Positions 17,471 through 26,707 of a stretch of 64,000 nt of DNA are shown piece after piece. Every line of letters starts with the position of its first letter. The stretch's first letter is position 1. Under the pieces are notes generated by a model. That model saw only the letters and a list, made by a program, of their open reading frames with translations. It had not been told where the DNA came from and made no database searches. This stretch comes from Candidatus Anstonellales archaeon (lineage in GTDB: Archaea; Micrarchaeota; Micrarchaeia; Anstonellales; J096). The DNA lies in NCBI GenBank assembly GCA_038890615.1, contig JAWAFI010000001.1:194611-258610 (forward strand), in the 5' to 3' direction. The translations under genes and the position numbers were made by a program.

Positions 17471-18044
17471 GGCATTCAAGCGAAAGGAAGAGGAAAAGCC
17501 GCCTGCCTTGAAAAGGAAGCTTCCTGAAATGGTTCCTGACATAGAGCACATAGAGATAAAAAGGCTTTCTGTTGCTGATGTGGAGGAAGCAACGCTTGTG
17601 CTTAGGAAATGCACTGTGGAAACCAATGAAGATGAGGTTAGAGGGATAATAAAGGAAGGCCTAAGCTATGGCGCTTATGTTGACAGGATGCTTGTTGGGG
17701 TTGGGCTGGCTTGGGTTGCATCATACGACCCTAAGAAAAAGGCGCTGAGAGGAGACCATAGGAATGCAGCTTATGTAGAGGAGGTTGTAGTGTTGCTCCA
17801 GTATGAAGGCAAAGGCATAAGGAACAAGATCCTCCAAGCAATAGAGAATGAAGCGCAGGCAAAGGGGCTCAGCTACACTGTTGCCCTAATAACCCCAGGG
17901 GTCCCTGAAAGCAGCGAGAGCAGCGTAACCCACTATGGGACAAAAACAGAGAAGGTGCTTGTGCAGAGGGGCTATGAGTTGAACAAAACACCAGAAGGGA
18001 TCCTTGCTGTCAAGGATGTAACTTACTCAAAAGAAATAAAATAA
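17451..18044 (+). CDS. GNAT-family acetyltransferase
   Basis: YVEEVVVLLQYEGKGIRNKIL acetyl-CoA motif A; exact start uncertain. Confidence 0.75.
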   Translation: MRTVDFEAFKRKEEEKPPALKRKLPEMVPDIEHIEIKRLSVADVEEATLVLRKCTVETNEDEVRGIIKEGLSYGAYVDRMLVGVGLAWVASYDPKKKALRGDHRNAAYVEEVVVLLQYEGKGIRNKILQAIENEAQAKGLSYTVALITPGVPESSESSVTHYGTKTEKVLVQRGYELNKTPEGILAVKDVTYSKEIK

Positions 18045-19485
18045 GCAAAAGAAGCCAAGCAGCAATGAAAGCCCCGAAGGCAGCAACCAATAAAATTAAA
18101 CCATTATTCTCTTCTTTATTTTCTTCTTTAAGAGGGATGCCTTGGAACAGCTTTTCAGCGCTGTTTGCGTTCTCAAGCCAAAGAATGGCATCCTCTTTGT
18201 TCCCATTGGCCAATGCGTAGGCAGAATAAGAGTAATAAAGCTTTCCTATCTTGCTTTGGAAGCTGCCATTGCTTAAATTGCCTGTTGCATTTGATTTGGC
18301 ATAGGCAAGCTCATAGTATGCAGAAACATTGTGGCCGTCCTCAAGAAGCTTGGATATTACAGCAGAATAAAAAGGATCATCAATGCCAGAGGTGTCAACC
18401 TCAACTGCTGATTCATCAACCTCAGCCCCTTCGCCTCTTGAAACCAGCTTCTTTGCAGCAAGGCACCACATATATGCATTCCCCATCCTAACCCTCTCCC
18501 CTATCCTATCCTCCTCATTCAGAGGAAGCTCATCAAGCGCTTCCTTTGCCCTGTAAAGCCGCACAATAGCAAAGGCATTCCCCTCAAAATTGCTTTCTGT
18601 AAGTGGATATACCTGCACAGAGGATATGCATCCCTCTATCTCTGCCTTTATCTCCTCCCTGCTTCTGTTAAGGTTCTTTATTGCATAGAGCGTTGAAGCC
18701 CCTGAAAACGCCTCGTTGGCAGCAGGCAGCACGTAGCCCCTTGAAAGCAGCTCCTCCTGCCTCTTTATCTCTTCCTTGTAGTAATCGCGGAGCTCAGCGC
18801 TTGACAGCCCGTCAGCAAGCAGCTCCTCCTGCGCCATAAGCATGCGGGCAACAGAGGAGAACTCGTTTTCCTCGTAAGGAATGGGTTCGTAATCAGTTGA
18901 AAGAAAAGGCAATGTTTTGTTTGGGGTTGTATTGTTAATTACTATATCAACCAGCTCTGTAAAATCCTTGGCTTCTGTGAAGTCTATGCCAAGCTCCATA
19001 AGGGCAGCCCTCTCTCCGTTTGAAAGGCCTCCTGCAATGAACGGAAGCCCTGCATCATTTGCTGCTTTGGCTTTCTCAAAAATGCCCCCCACTGCGCCTA
19101 TTGAGGAATCATTCCTTATTGTGCCTGTTATTACATAATTTTTTGGCAAGGGAGTGTCTGAAAGGGCGCTGTAGAATGCGAGCGCAAAAGCAGCGCCTGC
19201 TGAAGGGCCATCAACAGTGCCCATTGTCTGCACGTATACCTTCACCCTGCAAGAGTTGCCGGCCTTCATTAAGGCGATTGCGTATGCTGACTGGATGGAC
19301 CTCTGTACTGTTTCCCCGAAAACAGGGTCAATCTTTAGAAGTATCTCAGGGGCCCCTGGCTCTGCCTCAACCCTTATGCGTATTAGCTCGCCCTTCCCTC
19401 CTGTGACAGAAGGGGCTATAACCTCTGCATCAGAGCAGGAGTAGAGCGTGCCAACAAAGAGCAAAAGGATCAGGAGCCCTCTCAT
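18010..19485 (-). CDS. Membrane-anchored Lon-like S16 serine protease without ATPase domain
   Basis: Signal peptide, DGPSAG (Ser), ITGTI..DSSIGAVGGIFEK (Lys), C-terminal TM helix. Confidence 0.85.
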   Translation of the reverse strand: MRGLLILLLFVGTLYSCSDAEVIAPSVTGGKGELIRIRVEAEPGAPEILLKIDPVFGETVQRSIQSAYAIALMKAGNSCRVKVYVQTMGTVDGPSAGAAFALAFYSALSDTPLPKNYVITGTIRNDSSIGAVGGIFEKAKAANDAGLPFIAGGLSNGERAALMELGIDFTEAKDFTELVDIVINNTTPNKTLPFLSTDYEPIPYEENEFSSVARMLMAQEELLADGLSSAELRDYYKEEIKRQEELLSRGYVLPAANEAFSGASTLYAIKNLNRSREEIKAEIEGCISSVQVYPLTESNFEGNAFAIVRLYRAKEALDELPLNEEDRIGERVRMGNAYMWCLAAKKLVSRGEGAEVDESAVEVDTSGIDDPFYSAVISKLLEDGHNVSAYYELAYAKSNATGNLSNGSFQSKIGKLYYSYSAYALANGNKEDAILWLENANSAEKLFQGIPLKEENKEENNGLILLVAAFGAFIAAWLLLLILFLLSKLHP

Positions 19486-20288
19486 CTTTGAATTACCCCG
19501 TATGCGAGCGAAAGCCCGAGCAGGATGGATGCTGCGACTGTTATCCCAACGCCGCTGGGCATGTCAATGAAAAACGATAGGGCAATGCCAGCAATGAAAG
19601 AGAGGAATGAAATTGCTATGGAAAGGGCAATGCTCCAGTTTAGGCCTTTCCTAAGCTGCATTGCAGCAACAGGGGGCAGCATTACAAGTGCAGAAACAAG
19701 TATTATGCCTGCTGCCTTGAGCGCTGAAACTATGCCAAGAGCAAACACCAAAAGCATAAGTGCATCAAGCCTCTCAGGGCTTATTCCTTCTGTTTTTGCT
19801 ATCTCAGGGTTAACTGCAACAAGCATCATCTCCTTCTTTTTTGAGAAAAAGAAGAGGGCCACCAGCGCAGCGCAGGCATAGGCAAAGAGCACATCCCAAA
19901 AAGAGAGCGTAAAGAGCGAGCCGAAAAGGTATGAGATGATGTCCACGCCTGTTGCTCCTGCAATTATTAGAAGCATAATCCCTGCTGAAAGCCCTGTAGG
20001 GAAAAGTATGCCTGCAGCGCTGTCTTCGCTCACCCCAAGAAGCCTCCTCAAATAAGGGAGCATTGACGCGCCAAATGCCCCTGCTATTAGGGCTCCTATT
20101 GTGTAGGGTATGCTAAGCAGGAGGGAGAGCGCAATCCCAGCTATGCTTATGTGGGCTATTGCATCAACAACAAACGCCATCCTGCGCATTACAACAAAAA
20201 CCCCGAGTATGCCAAGCGTAATCGCTATTGGAATAGAGACAAGAAGTGCGCGCTGCACGAACCCATAAGCAAGGATGCTAAAATCCAT
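19482..20288 (-). CDS. znuB: Zn/Mn ABC transporter permease
   Basis: RRMAFVVDAIAH, YLFGS, GIILVSAL..LP. Confidence 0.9.
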   Translation of the reverse strand: MDFSILAYGFVQRALLVSIPIAITLGILGVFVVMRRMAFVVDAIAHISIAGIALSLLLSIPYTIGALIAGAFGASMLPYLRRLLGVSEDSAAGILFPTGLSAGIMLLIIAGATGVDIISYLFGSLFTLSFWDVLFAYACAALVALFFFSKKKEMMLVAVNPEIAKTEGISPERLDALMLLVFALGIVSALKAAGIILVSALVMLPPVAAMQLRKGLNWSIALSIAISFLSFIAGIALSFFIDMPSGVGITVAASILLGLSLAYGVIQR

Positions 20289-20949
20289 GGCTGTGCGCCA
20301 CCCCCATGAAATTCTTTGAGTAAAGCCTTTTCAGGCCTGCCATGGTCATCTTTTGCGGGCTGCCGCAAAATAGCACTGAATGGTTGAGGCAAACCATTCT
20401 GTCCACTAAAGAAGAGATGAATGAAAGGTCGTGCGAAACAAGCACAACGCTGCCCCTGCCTCTCACTTCCTTTATCATGCGGTGCATCCTTTCCTCTTGC
20501 TCTGCATCTGTGCCTGCAGTCGGCTCATCAAGAAGAAGCAATTCTGGCTTCTTTGAATAGGCATAGGAGAAGAGAACCCTTTGGAGCTGGCCGCCTGAGA
20601 GCTGGGAAAGGAGCTTGCCCTCTAGCCCAGGAGGGGGCTTTACCCCTCTTGCTCCTAAGAAATCATCAACAGTGACCATTGTTGTCTTTTCTATGCTTAC
20701 CCTCTGCGGCATGTATGCAACCTTATCCCATGAGGAGAATTCTTGCTTCGGCCTGCCAAAAAGCTCAACTTGGCCAGAATGGTCGTTTATTAGGCCCAAT
20801 GCTATCTTGAGTAGCGTGGTCTTTCCTGCGCCGTTTGGCCCTATTATTCCAACTACTTCGCCCCTTCTTACCTTAAGTGAAATGCCCTTAAGCACCTCTA
20901 AGCCTGAAGGCGCATATGAAACATCCTTAAACTCAAGTATTGTGCTCAT
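20278..20949 (-). CDS. znuC: Zn/Mn ABC transporter ATPase
   Basis: GPNGAGKTT, LSGGQLQR, LLDEP, VSHD, C-terminal HSH. Confidence 0.9.
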   Translation of the reverse strand: MSTILEFKDVSYAPSGLEVLKGISLKVRRGEVVGIIGPNGAGKTTLLKIALGLINDHSGQVELFGRPKQEFSSWDKVAYMPQRVSIEKTTMVTVDDFLGARGVKPPPGLEGKLLSQLSGGQLQRVLFSYAYSKKPELLLLDEPTAGTDAEQEERMHRMIKEVRGRGSVVLVSHDLSFISSLVDRMVCLNHSVLFCGSPQKMTMAGLKRLYSKNFMGVAHSHGF

Positions 20950-21749
20950 CCGCTCAGCTTGTCTATGTTGGAGCGCATTATATAAAAGTAATCCCTCCCT
21001 TCCCTGCGGTCATCATCGCTTACCCATGCAAGGGTGTCTAGCACCACTAGCCTAGCGCCCATCTCTTCTGCTATTGCCTGTGCTTCGGATGGGTCCCTGT
21101 ACCTTTCAACAATGAATATGGTTATGCTCTCCTCTTTTGCGAGCTTAACGAGCTCCAAAATCCTGGACCCGCTCACCTCCTCCCCCTCCACCCTTTCAAT
21201 AGGTATTATTGAAATCCCATATCGCTCCCCAAACCTTGAGAAGCCAGGATGCATCTCAAATGCCTTTGCCGGCATCTTTCTCCCTCTTGCGTATTCATCA
21301 AGGAGCTTCAGCTCGTTTATGTAAGATTCTGCATTTGCCTCGTAGATTGCCTCCCCCTCAGGGTCTATTTCTATTAGCGCCTCCTTAACCTTAGCTGCAA
21401 GGGACTGCATAAGCACGGGGTCAAGCCATATGTGGGGGTTGCCTCCACCTGCATAATCATACATCCTGAGCTTTTTCCTTGCATCAACCCCAGTTGCCCA
21501 TTCATCAATCTCGCCGTTGTAGATGAGAAGCTGCGATCCTTGCGCCTCAAAAAGCTTGGAAGGGCTCGGCTCTGTAATATGCTCGCTTGAGCCCTCTGGC
21601 AACAGGTAAACAACCTGCACCCTCCCCCCTCCTATGCGCTCAGCCATGTGGCCATAGGCATAAAGTGTCACTGCAACCTTCGGCTTGCCTGCCTCAATGC
21701 AGCCAAGCAGGAGCAGCGCAGCCAGAGGAAGCGCTAGCAATTTTTTCAT
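20946..21749 (-). CDS. znuA: Zn/Mn ABC transporter substrate-binding lipoprotein
   Basis: LLLGC lipobox, SEH, NPHIWLDP, HPGF; start at MKKLL (21749). Confidence 0.9.
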   Translation of the reverse strand: MKKLLALPLAALLLLGCIEAGKPKVAVTLYAYGHMAERIGGGRVQVVYLLPEGSSEHITEPSPSKLFEAQGSQLLIYNGEIDEWATGVDARKKLRMYDYAGGGNPHIWLDPVLMQSLAAKVKEALIEIDPEGEAIYEANAESYINELKLLDEYARGRKMPAKAFEMHPGFSRFGERYGISIIPIERVEGEEVSGSRILELVKLAKEESITIFIVERYRDPSEAQAIAEEMGARLVVLDTLAWVSDDDRREGRDYFYIMRSNIDKLSG

Positions 21750-21752
21750 AAC

Positions 21753-21810
21753 ACCATCAGCAGTTACTCCAGTCATCACTGCTCAGACCGGGGCGGTATC
21801 ATCATCTAGG
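21753..21810 (-). ncRNA. C/D-box guide sRNA
   Basis: ATGATGA-TACCGCCCCGGT-CTGA-gca-GTGATGA-CTGGAGTAACTG-CTGA: consensus C, D', C', D boxes with 12-nt guides; TTTTAAA element upstream. Confidence 0.92.
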
Positions 21811-21841
21811 CATAGTAAGGAAAGCCAATTTAAAAGTGTTG

Positions 21842-22498
21842 CTATTTGTGCTGGTGGTGGGTGTCAAGCGAAGAGCCGCACTGTGGGCATCTGAATGAGA
21901 TGTCCATTGCCTCCTCAAAAGAATACCTGCCTGAGGAGCATTTGCTGCAGCTATAGAATTCACCTTCCTGCACAACGCCCTCCTTCTGCTCAGCCCATTC
22001 CTTTATCTTTTCAGCGTTCATTACCCAAGTGTAGTGGTACCAGCCGCTATCAGCATCCCTAACCTTCTTGTAGCTTACTAAACCTATCCCATGAAGCTTG
22101 TTAAGGGTCGCTCTTATGTCTGCAACCTTAGCAGATGCCTTTGAGGCAAGCTCCTCATCTGTTGAGCCATTCCTAAAGGATTTTAGCACAGGGATGGCGT
22201 TTTCACCAGCAGTGTCAACAAGCCTTTTCCTCAGCTCAGGGCTTACAAGGTATTTCTCTAGTATCTCCTTCCTCTGCTGCTCTTGGATGTCTATCCTCTT
22301 TTCCTTGGCCTTCCTGCTTATTTTTATGCCCTTCATTCTGGCCTTCGCTGCGCTGAACTTCCCTTTGGCTGGCTTAACCTTCATCTTCGCCTTAAATTTA
22401 GGCTTGATTCTTTCCTTTGCTTTTGCCTTGCTCATTTTTTGTTTTTTCTTGCCGGCATGCTTAATGATTTTCCTTGCTTTCTTTGGCTTGCTTTCCAT
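21842..22498 (-). CDS. tfe: Transcription factor E alpha with Lys-rich N-terminal extension
   Basis: TDEELA...IRATLNKLH..GLV.Y..VRD.DSGWYHYTW winged helix; CSKC...FEEAMD..FRCPQCG zinc ribbon. Confidence 0.92.
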   Translation of the reverse strand: MESKPKKARKIIKHAGKKKQKMSKAKAKERIKPKFKAKMKVKPAKGKFSAAKARMKGIKISRKAKEKRIDIQEQQRKEILEKYLVSPELRKRLVDTAGENAIPVLKSFRNGSTDEELASKASAKVADIRATLNKLHGIGLVSYKKVRDADSGWYHYTWVMNAEKIKEWAEQKEGVVQEGEFYSCSKCSSGRYSFEEAMDISFRCPQCGSSLDTHHQHK

Positions 22499-22554
22499 GG
22501 AATAATAGGCGCGCCCGGACTTTAAAAAGATTTCTTTGAGCAAACAAGGAACAT

Positions 22555-23043
22555 ATGGGCTTCTTTAAGAAGGCCTTTGAAAAAGGCATGGAAAGAGGGA
22601 AATGGGGGGAAAGAAGCAATAAAGAGAGTTCTGGCTGGAATGGAGAAAGGCATTTGGGACGAGAGGCGCTTGCAACCAACACATCAATGAATTGCATTAG
22701 AGGAAGATGGGTAGATAAGGGAAGGTTTTTTGAAAGCATAAAAAGCAGAATGAAAGAGAAGGTTTTGAAGCTTATTGCAGCCATAAAAAACAAAGATGAG
22801 AAGATGGTTATGGTGGCTGCAGCCTTGGGGCTTGAAAATATTATACTCTTTCTCTTTGAGAGAGGGGCTGACATTTATGCCAAGAAATACTGGTATGATA
22901 ATATAGTAGCAATCCTCAATGGAGAAAACAAGGAAGATTTATGGGATGGAGCAGGGGGCTTGAGCGCTCCAGCTATGCTTGCTTCAAAAAAGGAAACTAT
23001 TAAAACCACGAGCCCCAAATGTGCCCATGAAGAATCAGCTTGA
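22555..23043 (+). CDS. Hypothetical protein with one degenerate ankyrin-like repeat
   Basis: AAALGLENIILFLFERGADIYAK. Confidence 0.55.
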   Translation: MGFFKKAFEKGMERGKWGERSNKESSGWNGERHLGREALATNTSMNCIRGRWVDKGRFFESIKSRMKEKVLKLIAAIKNKDEKMVMVAAALGLENIILFLFERGADIYAKKYWYDNIVAILNGENKEDLWDGAGGLSAPAMLASKKETIKTTSPKCAHEESA

Positions 23044-23084
23044 AAGTGCCAAGCTTTACTACTTAACAAAAGAGGATATAAAGA

Positions 23085-23351
23085 ATGGCTACGAAAAGAT
23101 GGCATCCAATGCAAAAAAAATTTTTTGAAGCCCTTAAGGCAGCAACAGGAATAACTGGCTCCCAAAGATATAAGGGGCTGTTAATGCAGGTGGGGGTTGA
23201 AAAGGCGCTTGAAGAATGCTATAAAACATTTGGGAGCAGGTCTGGAAAGGTCATAGAGGCCTATTTTGAGAGCAGGAGCAAAGAAACGTTTTGGGAGTGG
23301 CTCAAAAAGGAAGCAAAGCTGGCTACCCAATACAGGATAATTAACTCCTAA
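23085..23351 (+). CDS. Hypothetical protein
   Basis: 88-aa ORF filling the intergenic gap. Confidence 0.55.
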   Translation: MATKRWHPMQKKFFEALKAATGITGSQRYKGLLMQVGVEKALEECYKTFGSRSGKVIEAYFESRSKETFWEWLKKEAKLATQYRIINS

Positions 23352-24315
23352 GGGTTTCAAGCTCCTTTTTCAGCCTCTCAATTATTTCTACAGGCGTTGG
23401 GTCAATGCCCATTGATATCGCTTTGTAGTAGCCAGCAAGATGGGCCATGTATATTGTGAGCACTATCATCTCAAGCCGGGTGGCGCCTTTCATTTCATAA
23501 GTTATACATTTTATCCTTCCTTCAATCAGCTTCTCAAGTATCCTGAAGCGCTCCTTAACCCTAGGATGGTCGTTGCTGTCCTTAAGGAGAACTGCTGTGA
23601 ACTCAGGCCCTGAGTTTGCCAGCCCAACCACCTCGTTGTGCTGCATCTCAGGTATCTCATTCCAGAATGCTGCCATCTTTGCATTCTCGTTGAATGATAT
23701 CTTCCACACCTTTGCTGCAAATGAATTGCGGTCTGATGCATAAAAAAGGGGGGTTGATGATATGCCTTCTGCGATCTGCCTTGCCTGCTGGTGCAGCCCT
23801 GGGTCTTTCAGCGCCTCTGAGATTGGCTTGGTGTCATCAAGCCTTATTAAGCCTGAGTTTTGAAGTATGTTGAGCATGGGCATGAGCATGTATAGCGTTG
23901 CGTGCCTCGGCATAATCCCCTTTGCTCCTTCTGGCAAAAGGACCTGCGCACTTTTTGCAGAGAGCTCAGCAAGCTTCCCTCCAGAGCAGATGGCAACTGT
24001 TGGAATGCCCCTTTTCACAAGCTCGTTGTAGCAACTTATGGTTTCTTCAGTATTTCCTGAATGGCTTACAGCAAAAGCAAGCGTCTCTTTTGGGAGGTAA
24101 GGGGGGACTTCATACCCCTTTATTATCTCCACAGGAAGCTCGCGCATGTATGCTTTGAGCGCCTCTCCTGCAATTGCGCTCCCCCCCATGCCGCAAACAG
24201 CGATCTTCCTTATCCTCTCAAATCTCATCCCCAAGCCGAGCTTTGAGGCCTCCTCAAGCTGGGATGGGAAGGAATTAAGCACTGAAAGCATGTTGTGCCT
24301 GTCAACGGTTTCCAT
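23341..24315 (-). CDS. Bifunctional phosphoglucose/phosphomannose isomerase
   Basis: GMGGSAIAG, SHSGNTEET, ENAK, PEMQHNEVVG, DPTPV.II..LK. Confidence 0.92.
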   Translation of the reverse strand: METVDRHNMLSVLNSFPSQLEEASKLGLGMRFERIRKIAVCGMGGSAIAGEALKAYMRELPVEIIKGYEVPPYLPKETLAFAVSHSGNTEETISCYNELVKRGIPTVAICSGGKLAELSAKSAQVLLPEGAKGIMPRHATLYMLMPMLNILQNSGLIRLDDTKPISEALKDPGLHQQARQIAEGISSTPLFYASDRNSFAAKVWKISFNENAKMAAFWNEIPEMQHNEVVGLANSGPEFTAVLLKDSNDHPRVKERFRILEKLIEGRIKCITYEMKGATRLEMIVLTIYMAHLAGYYKAISMGIDPTPVEIIERLKKELETLRS

Positions 24316-24373
24316 AAAAGCACCAATACTTTAAGGGGCGAAATGTTTAAAATGCCCTTGCACAGCTAGCAGT

Positions 24374-24922
24374 ATGGGCTTTAAGGAAGCTTTTGCGCAT
24401 AAAGGCATCATGGAGCATTCGCTCAGGCCTTTTTTGGGCGAGAATTCAGAGCTTTTTATATACATAGTCATAGCGGCAATGCTGCCTGTTGCTGTTGGAA
24501 ACCAGCTGGTGGTTGGCACTGCTGTGAATGCCCTGCTCATCCTTTCAGCACTGCATTTCAGGGGTTGGAAGCCTCTCCTGCTCATATTCTTCCCTTCTAT
24601 TTTCGCATTCCTTTTTTCATCAATTTTGCTTGGTGAAACGCATTTCCTTGCTTACCTCCTCCCACCAATATGGGTTGGGAATGCAATCATTGTTGTTGCC
24701 TTCAAGGTGTTTGTTGCTGAAAACAAAGGTTACTGGGAAACATTATTGAAGGCCGCTTTGCTGAAGGCAGGGGTGATAGGGGCTAGCGCATTGGCGCTGA
24801 TATGGGCGGGTTTTGTGCCAGCAGCAATGCTTTTGCCTATGAGCGCATTGCAATTTGTCACAGCCATGCTAGGAGGTATAAGCGCCTATGCGCTCCGCTC
24901 AGCGATCCTGGGATGGAAGTAA
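24374..24922 (+). CDS. Small polytopic membrane protein, ECF S-component-like
   Basis: About 5-6 TM helices; NQLVVGTAVNALL, PIWVGNA, QFVTAMLGG; start may be ATG 24410. Confidence 0.65.
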   Translation: MGFKEAFAHKGIMEHSLRPFLGENSELFIYIVIAAMLPVAVGNQLVVGTAVNALLILSALHFRGWKPLLLIFFPSIFAFLFSSILLGETHFLAYLLPPIWVGNAIIVVAFKVFVAENKGYWETLLKAALLKAGVIGASALALIWAGFVPAAMLLPMSALQFVTAMLGGISAYALRSAILGWK

Positions 24923-25942
24923 GAAGTATTCCTCAAACTTTTCCTTGCTTAAGCTTCTTATCCATTCCATCACTTCCTTCAATTCTGGGTTGTCAAAGGA
25001 GTTCTTGCTCTGGAGGGCATCAGCAGATTCCCTAAGCAGCTTTGCCCTTTGCATTAGAGCATCCCCTTTTGCAGTTGGCTGGCCTGGCCCGCCTACGCAG
25101 CCAAAGGCGCAGGCCATTACCTCTATAAAGTCATAGCTGTCCTTTTCCTTTAGTATTTCCTCAAGCGCAGGGTAGCCGAAAACAGTTGCAACCCTTATTG
25201 TGTAACTCCCTATCTTTACTGTTTTCTTTACTGATTTTTCAAATGTGCGGAAATCAATCACCTCCTTTGGCTTGCCTAGGTAGGCGGCCATGTTAGTAAG
25301 AAGGGATTCTGCCACTCCCCCTGTTGAGCCAAATATGAGGCCATTCTTTGAAGGGGAGAATTTTATTTTGCCTTCAGGCATTGCCCTTAAGTCAAGGCCT
25401 TTGGCTTTTGCCCACCTTGCAACCTCCTGCGTGTCAAGCACATAGTCAACCGAAACAAGCCCGTTCTTCATCCTCTCCTTTGTTTCGTGCTTCTTGAGTG
25501 TGCACGGCATTATGCCCACAACAACAACATCCTCAGGTCTTATGCCGTTCTTTGGGGCCCAGTAGAATTTTACAACGCTGCCAACTGCCATCTGGGGCGA
25601 AACATACCTTGATATGTTTGGCATTACTTCTTTGTGCCGCTGCATTGCGTAGATCCTCCAGCCAATGCAGCATGAGTTGAAAACCACCCCTTTGCCCAGG
25701 CTCTTTATGAACTCAGGCACTTCAGCAGCTACTATCAGGTCAGCCCCGAAGGATGTGTCAAAGACCTCCCTGAAGCCCATCTCCTTTAAGAGCGAAACCA
25801 CCTTGCCTTCTGCATTAACAGTGCCCATCCCAAACTCTTCGCCCAAGCTTACCCTAAGCGCAGGGGCGATCTCCGCAACCACGAATTTCCCTGAGCCCAT
25901 CTCCTCCTCAATTTTCCTGAAAAGGGCATCCCCGCTGAGCAT
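24899..25942 (-). CDS. hydA: Minimal [FeFe]-hydrogenase (H-domain only)
   Basis: L1 FNSCCIGW, L2 IMPCTLKKHE, L3 EVMACAFGCVGGPGQP; APALRV and FGSTGGVAE; no ferredoxin domain. Confidence 0.92.
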   Translation of the reverse strand: MLSGDALFRKIEEEMGSGKFVVAEIAPALRVSLGEEFGMGTVNAEGKVVSLLKEMGFREVFDTSFGADLIVAAEVPEFIKSLGKGVVFNSCCIGWRIYAMQRHKEVMPNISRYVSPQMAVGSVVKFYWAPKNGIRPEDVVVVGIMPCTLKKHETKERMKNGLVSVDYVLDTQEVARWAKAKGLDLRAMPEGKIKFSPSKNGLIFGSTGGVAESLLTNMAAYLGKPKEVIDFRTFEKSVKKTVKIGSYTIRVATVFGYPALEEILKEKDSYDFIEVMACAFGCVGGPGQPTAKGDALMQRAKLLRESADALQSKNSFDNPELKEVMEWIRSLSKEKFEEYFLLPSQDR

Positions 25943-25966
25943 GCAGCTGTTTGGCGTGCATGGTTT

Positions 25967-26620
25967 TTAAGGGCTATGCCTGAGCGCGCTCATTGCCTTA
26001 CCTGTGTCCTTTTCATCAACAACAAAAATTGTATCCTTCCAGCAACTTACCAATTCCACAACATTTATTCCGTGGTGGGCAAGAGAAGAGAGCATGTACG
26101 CTGTAACCCCTGGAACGCTTTCCACCTCTTCTGGGCTTTTTATCAGTATGAGCGAAAGGTTACCCTCAACCTTGAGCACCCATCCCCTCATCTCTTTTTT
26201 TATGCGCTCGAGGTTTGAATCCAAGGTTATAACTGTGAATGTCTGGCTTCCTTGTGCAACCAGGAAAGGGTCGTTTCTGGCTTTTGAGATCTCCCTTCCA
26301 AGCTCAAATATCTTGCTGCCTATGCTCCCGTGCCTCAGCAGTGTAACCACAACTATGTTAGTCAGCACCTCCATGCTGCTTTTCCTTAGCACGCTGATTA
26401 TCCTTTTCTCAGCTGTTGGAAGCTGGGGCTTCTTGTACCTCCTCAGGCTCATTGACACTGCGTCCTGCTGCTTAAGCCGAAGCTCCTCGCAAATCAGCCT
26501 TCCAAGGGAAGCGTAGTTGACCACACCATAGGAAATGCAGTCCTTTATGGATGGGTGGGATTCGACATATTCCCTTACTTTTGCTGCAATTGTCTGCTTC
26601 GCAGGCTTCATCTTGACCAC
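25967..26620 (-). CDS. ACT-domain regulatory protein
   Basis: GVVNYASL N-terminal HTH-like region; PGV...L..HGINVVELVSCWKDT ACT domain. Confidence 0.85.
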   Translation of the reverse strand: MVKMKPAKQTIAAKVREYVESHPSIKDCISYGVVNYASLGRLICEELRLKQQDAVSMSLRRYKKPQLPTAEKRIISVLRKSSMEVLTNIVVVTLLRHGSIGSKIFELGREISKARNDPFLVAQGSQTFTVITLDSNLERIKKEMRGWVLKVEGNLSLILIKSPEEVESVPGVTAYMLSSLAHHGINVVELVSCWKDTIFVVDEKDTGKAMSALRHSP

Positions 26621-26707
26621 CTGTTAGATATATAACATTTGTGTCTTATAATGTAATTATAATGACGAAAGATTTAAATACCTGCTTTTATCCAATGCCA
26701 TGCTTAT

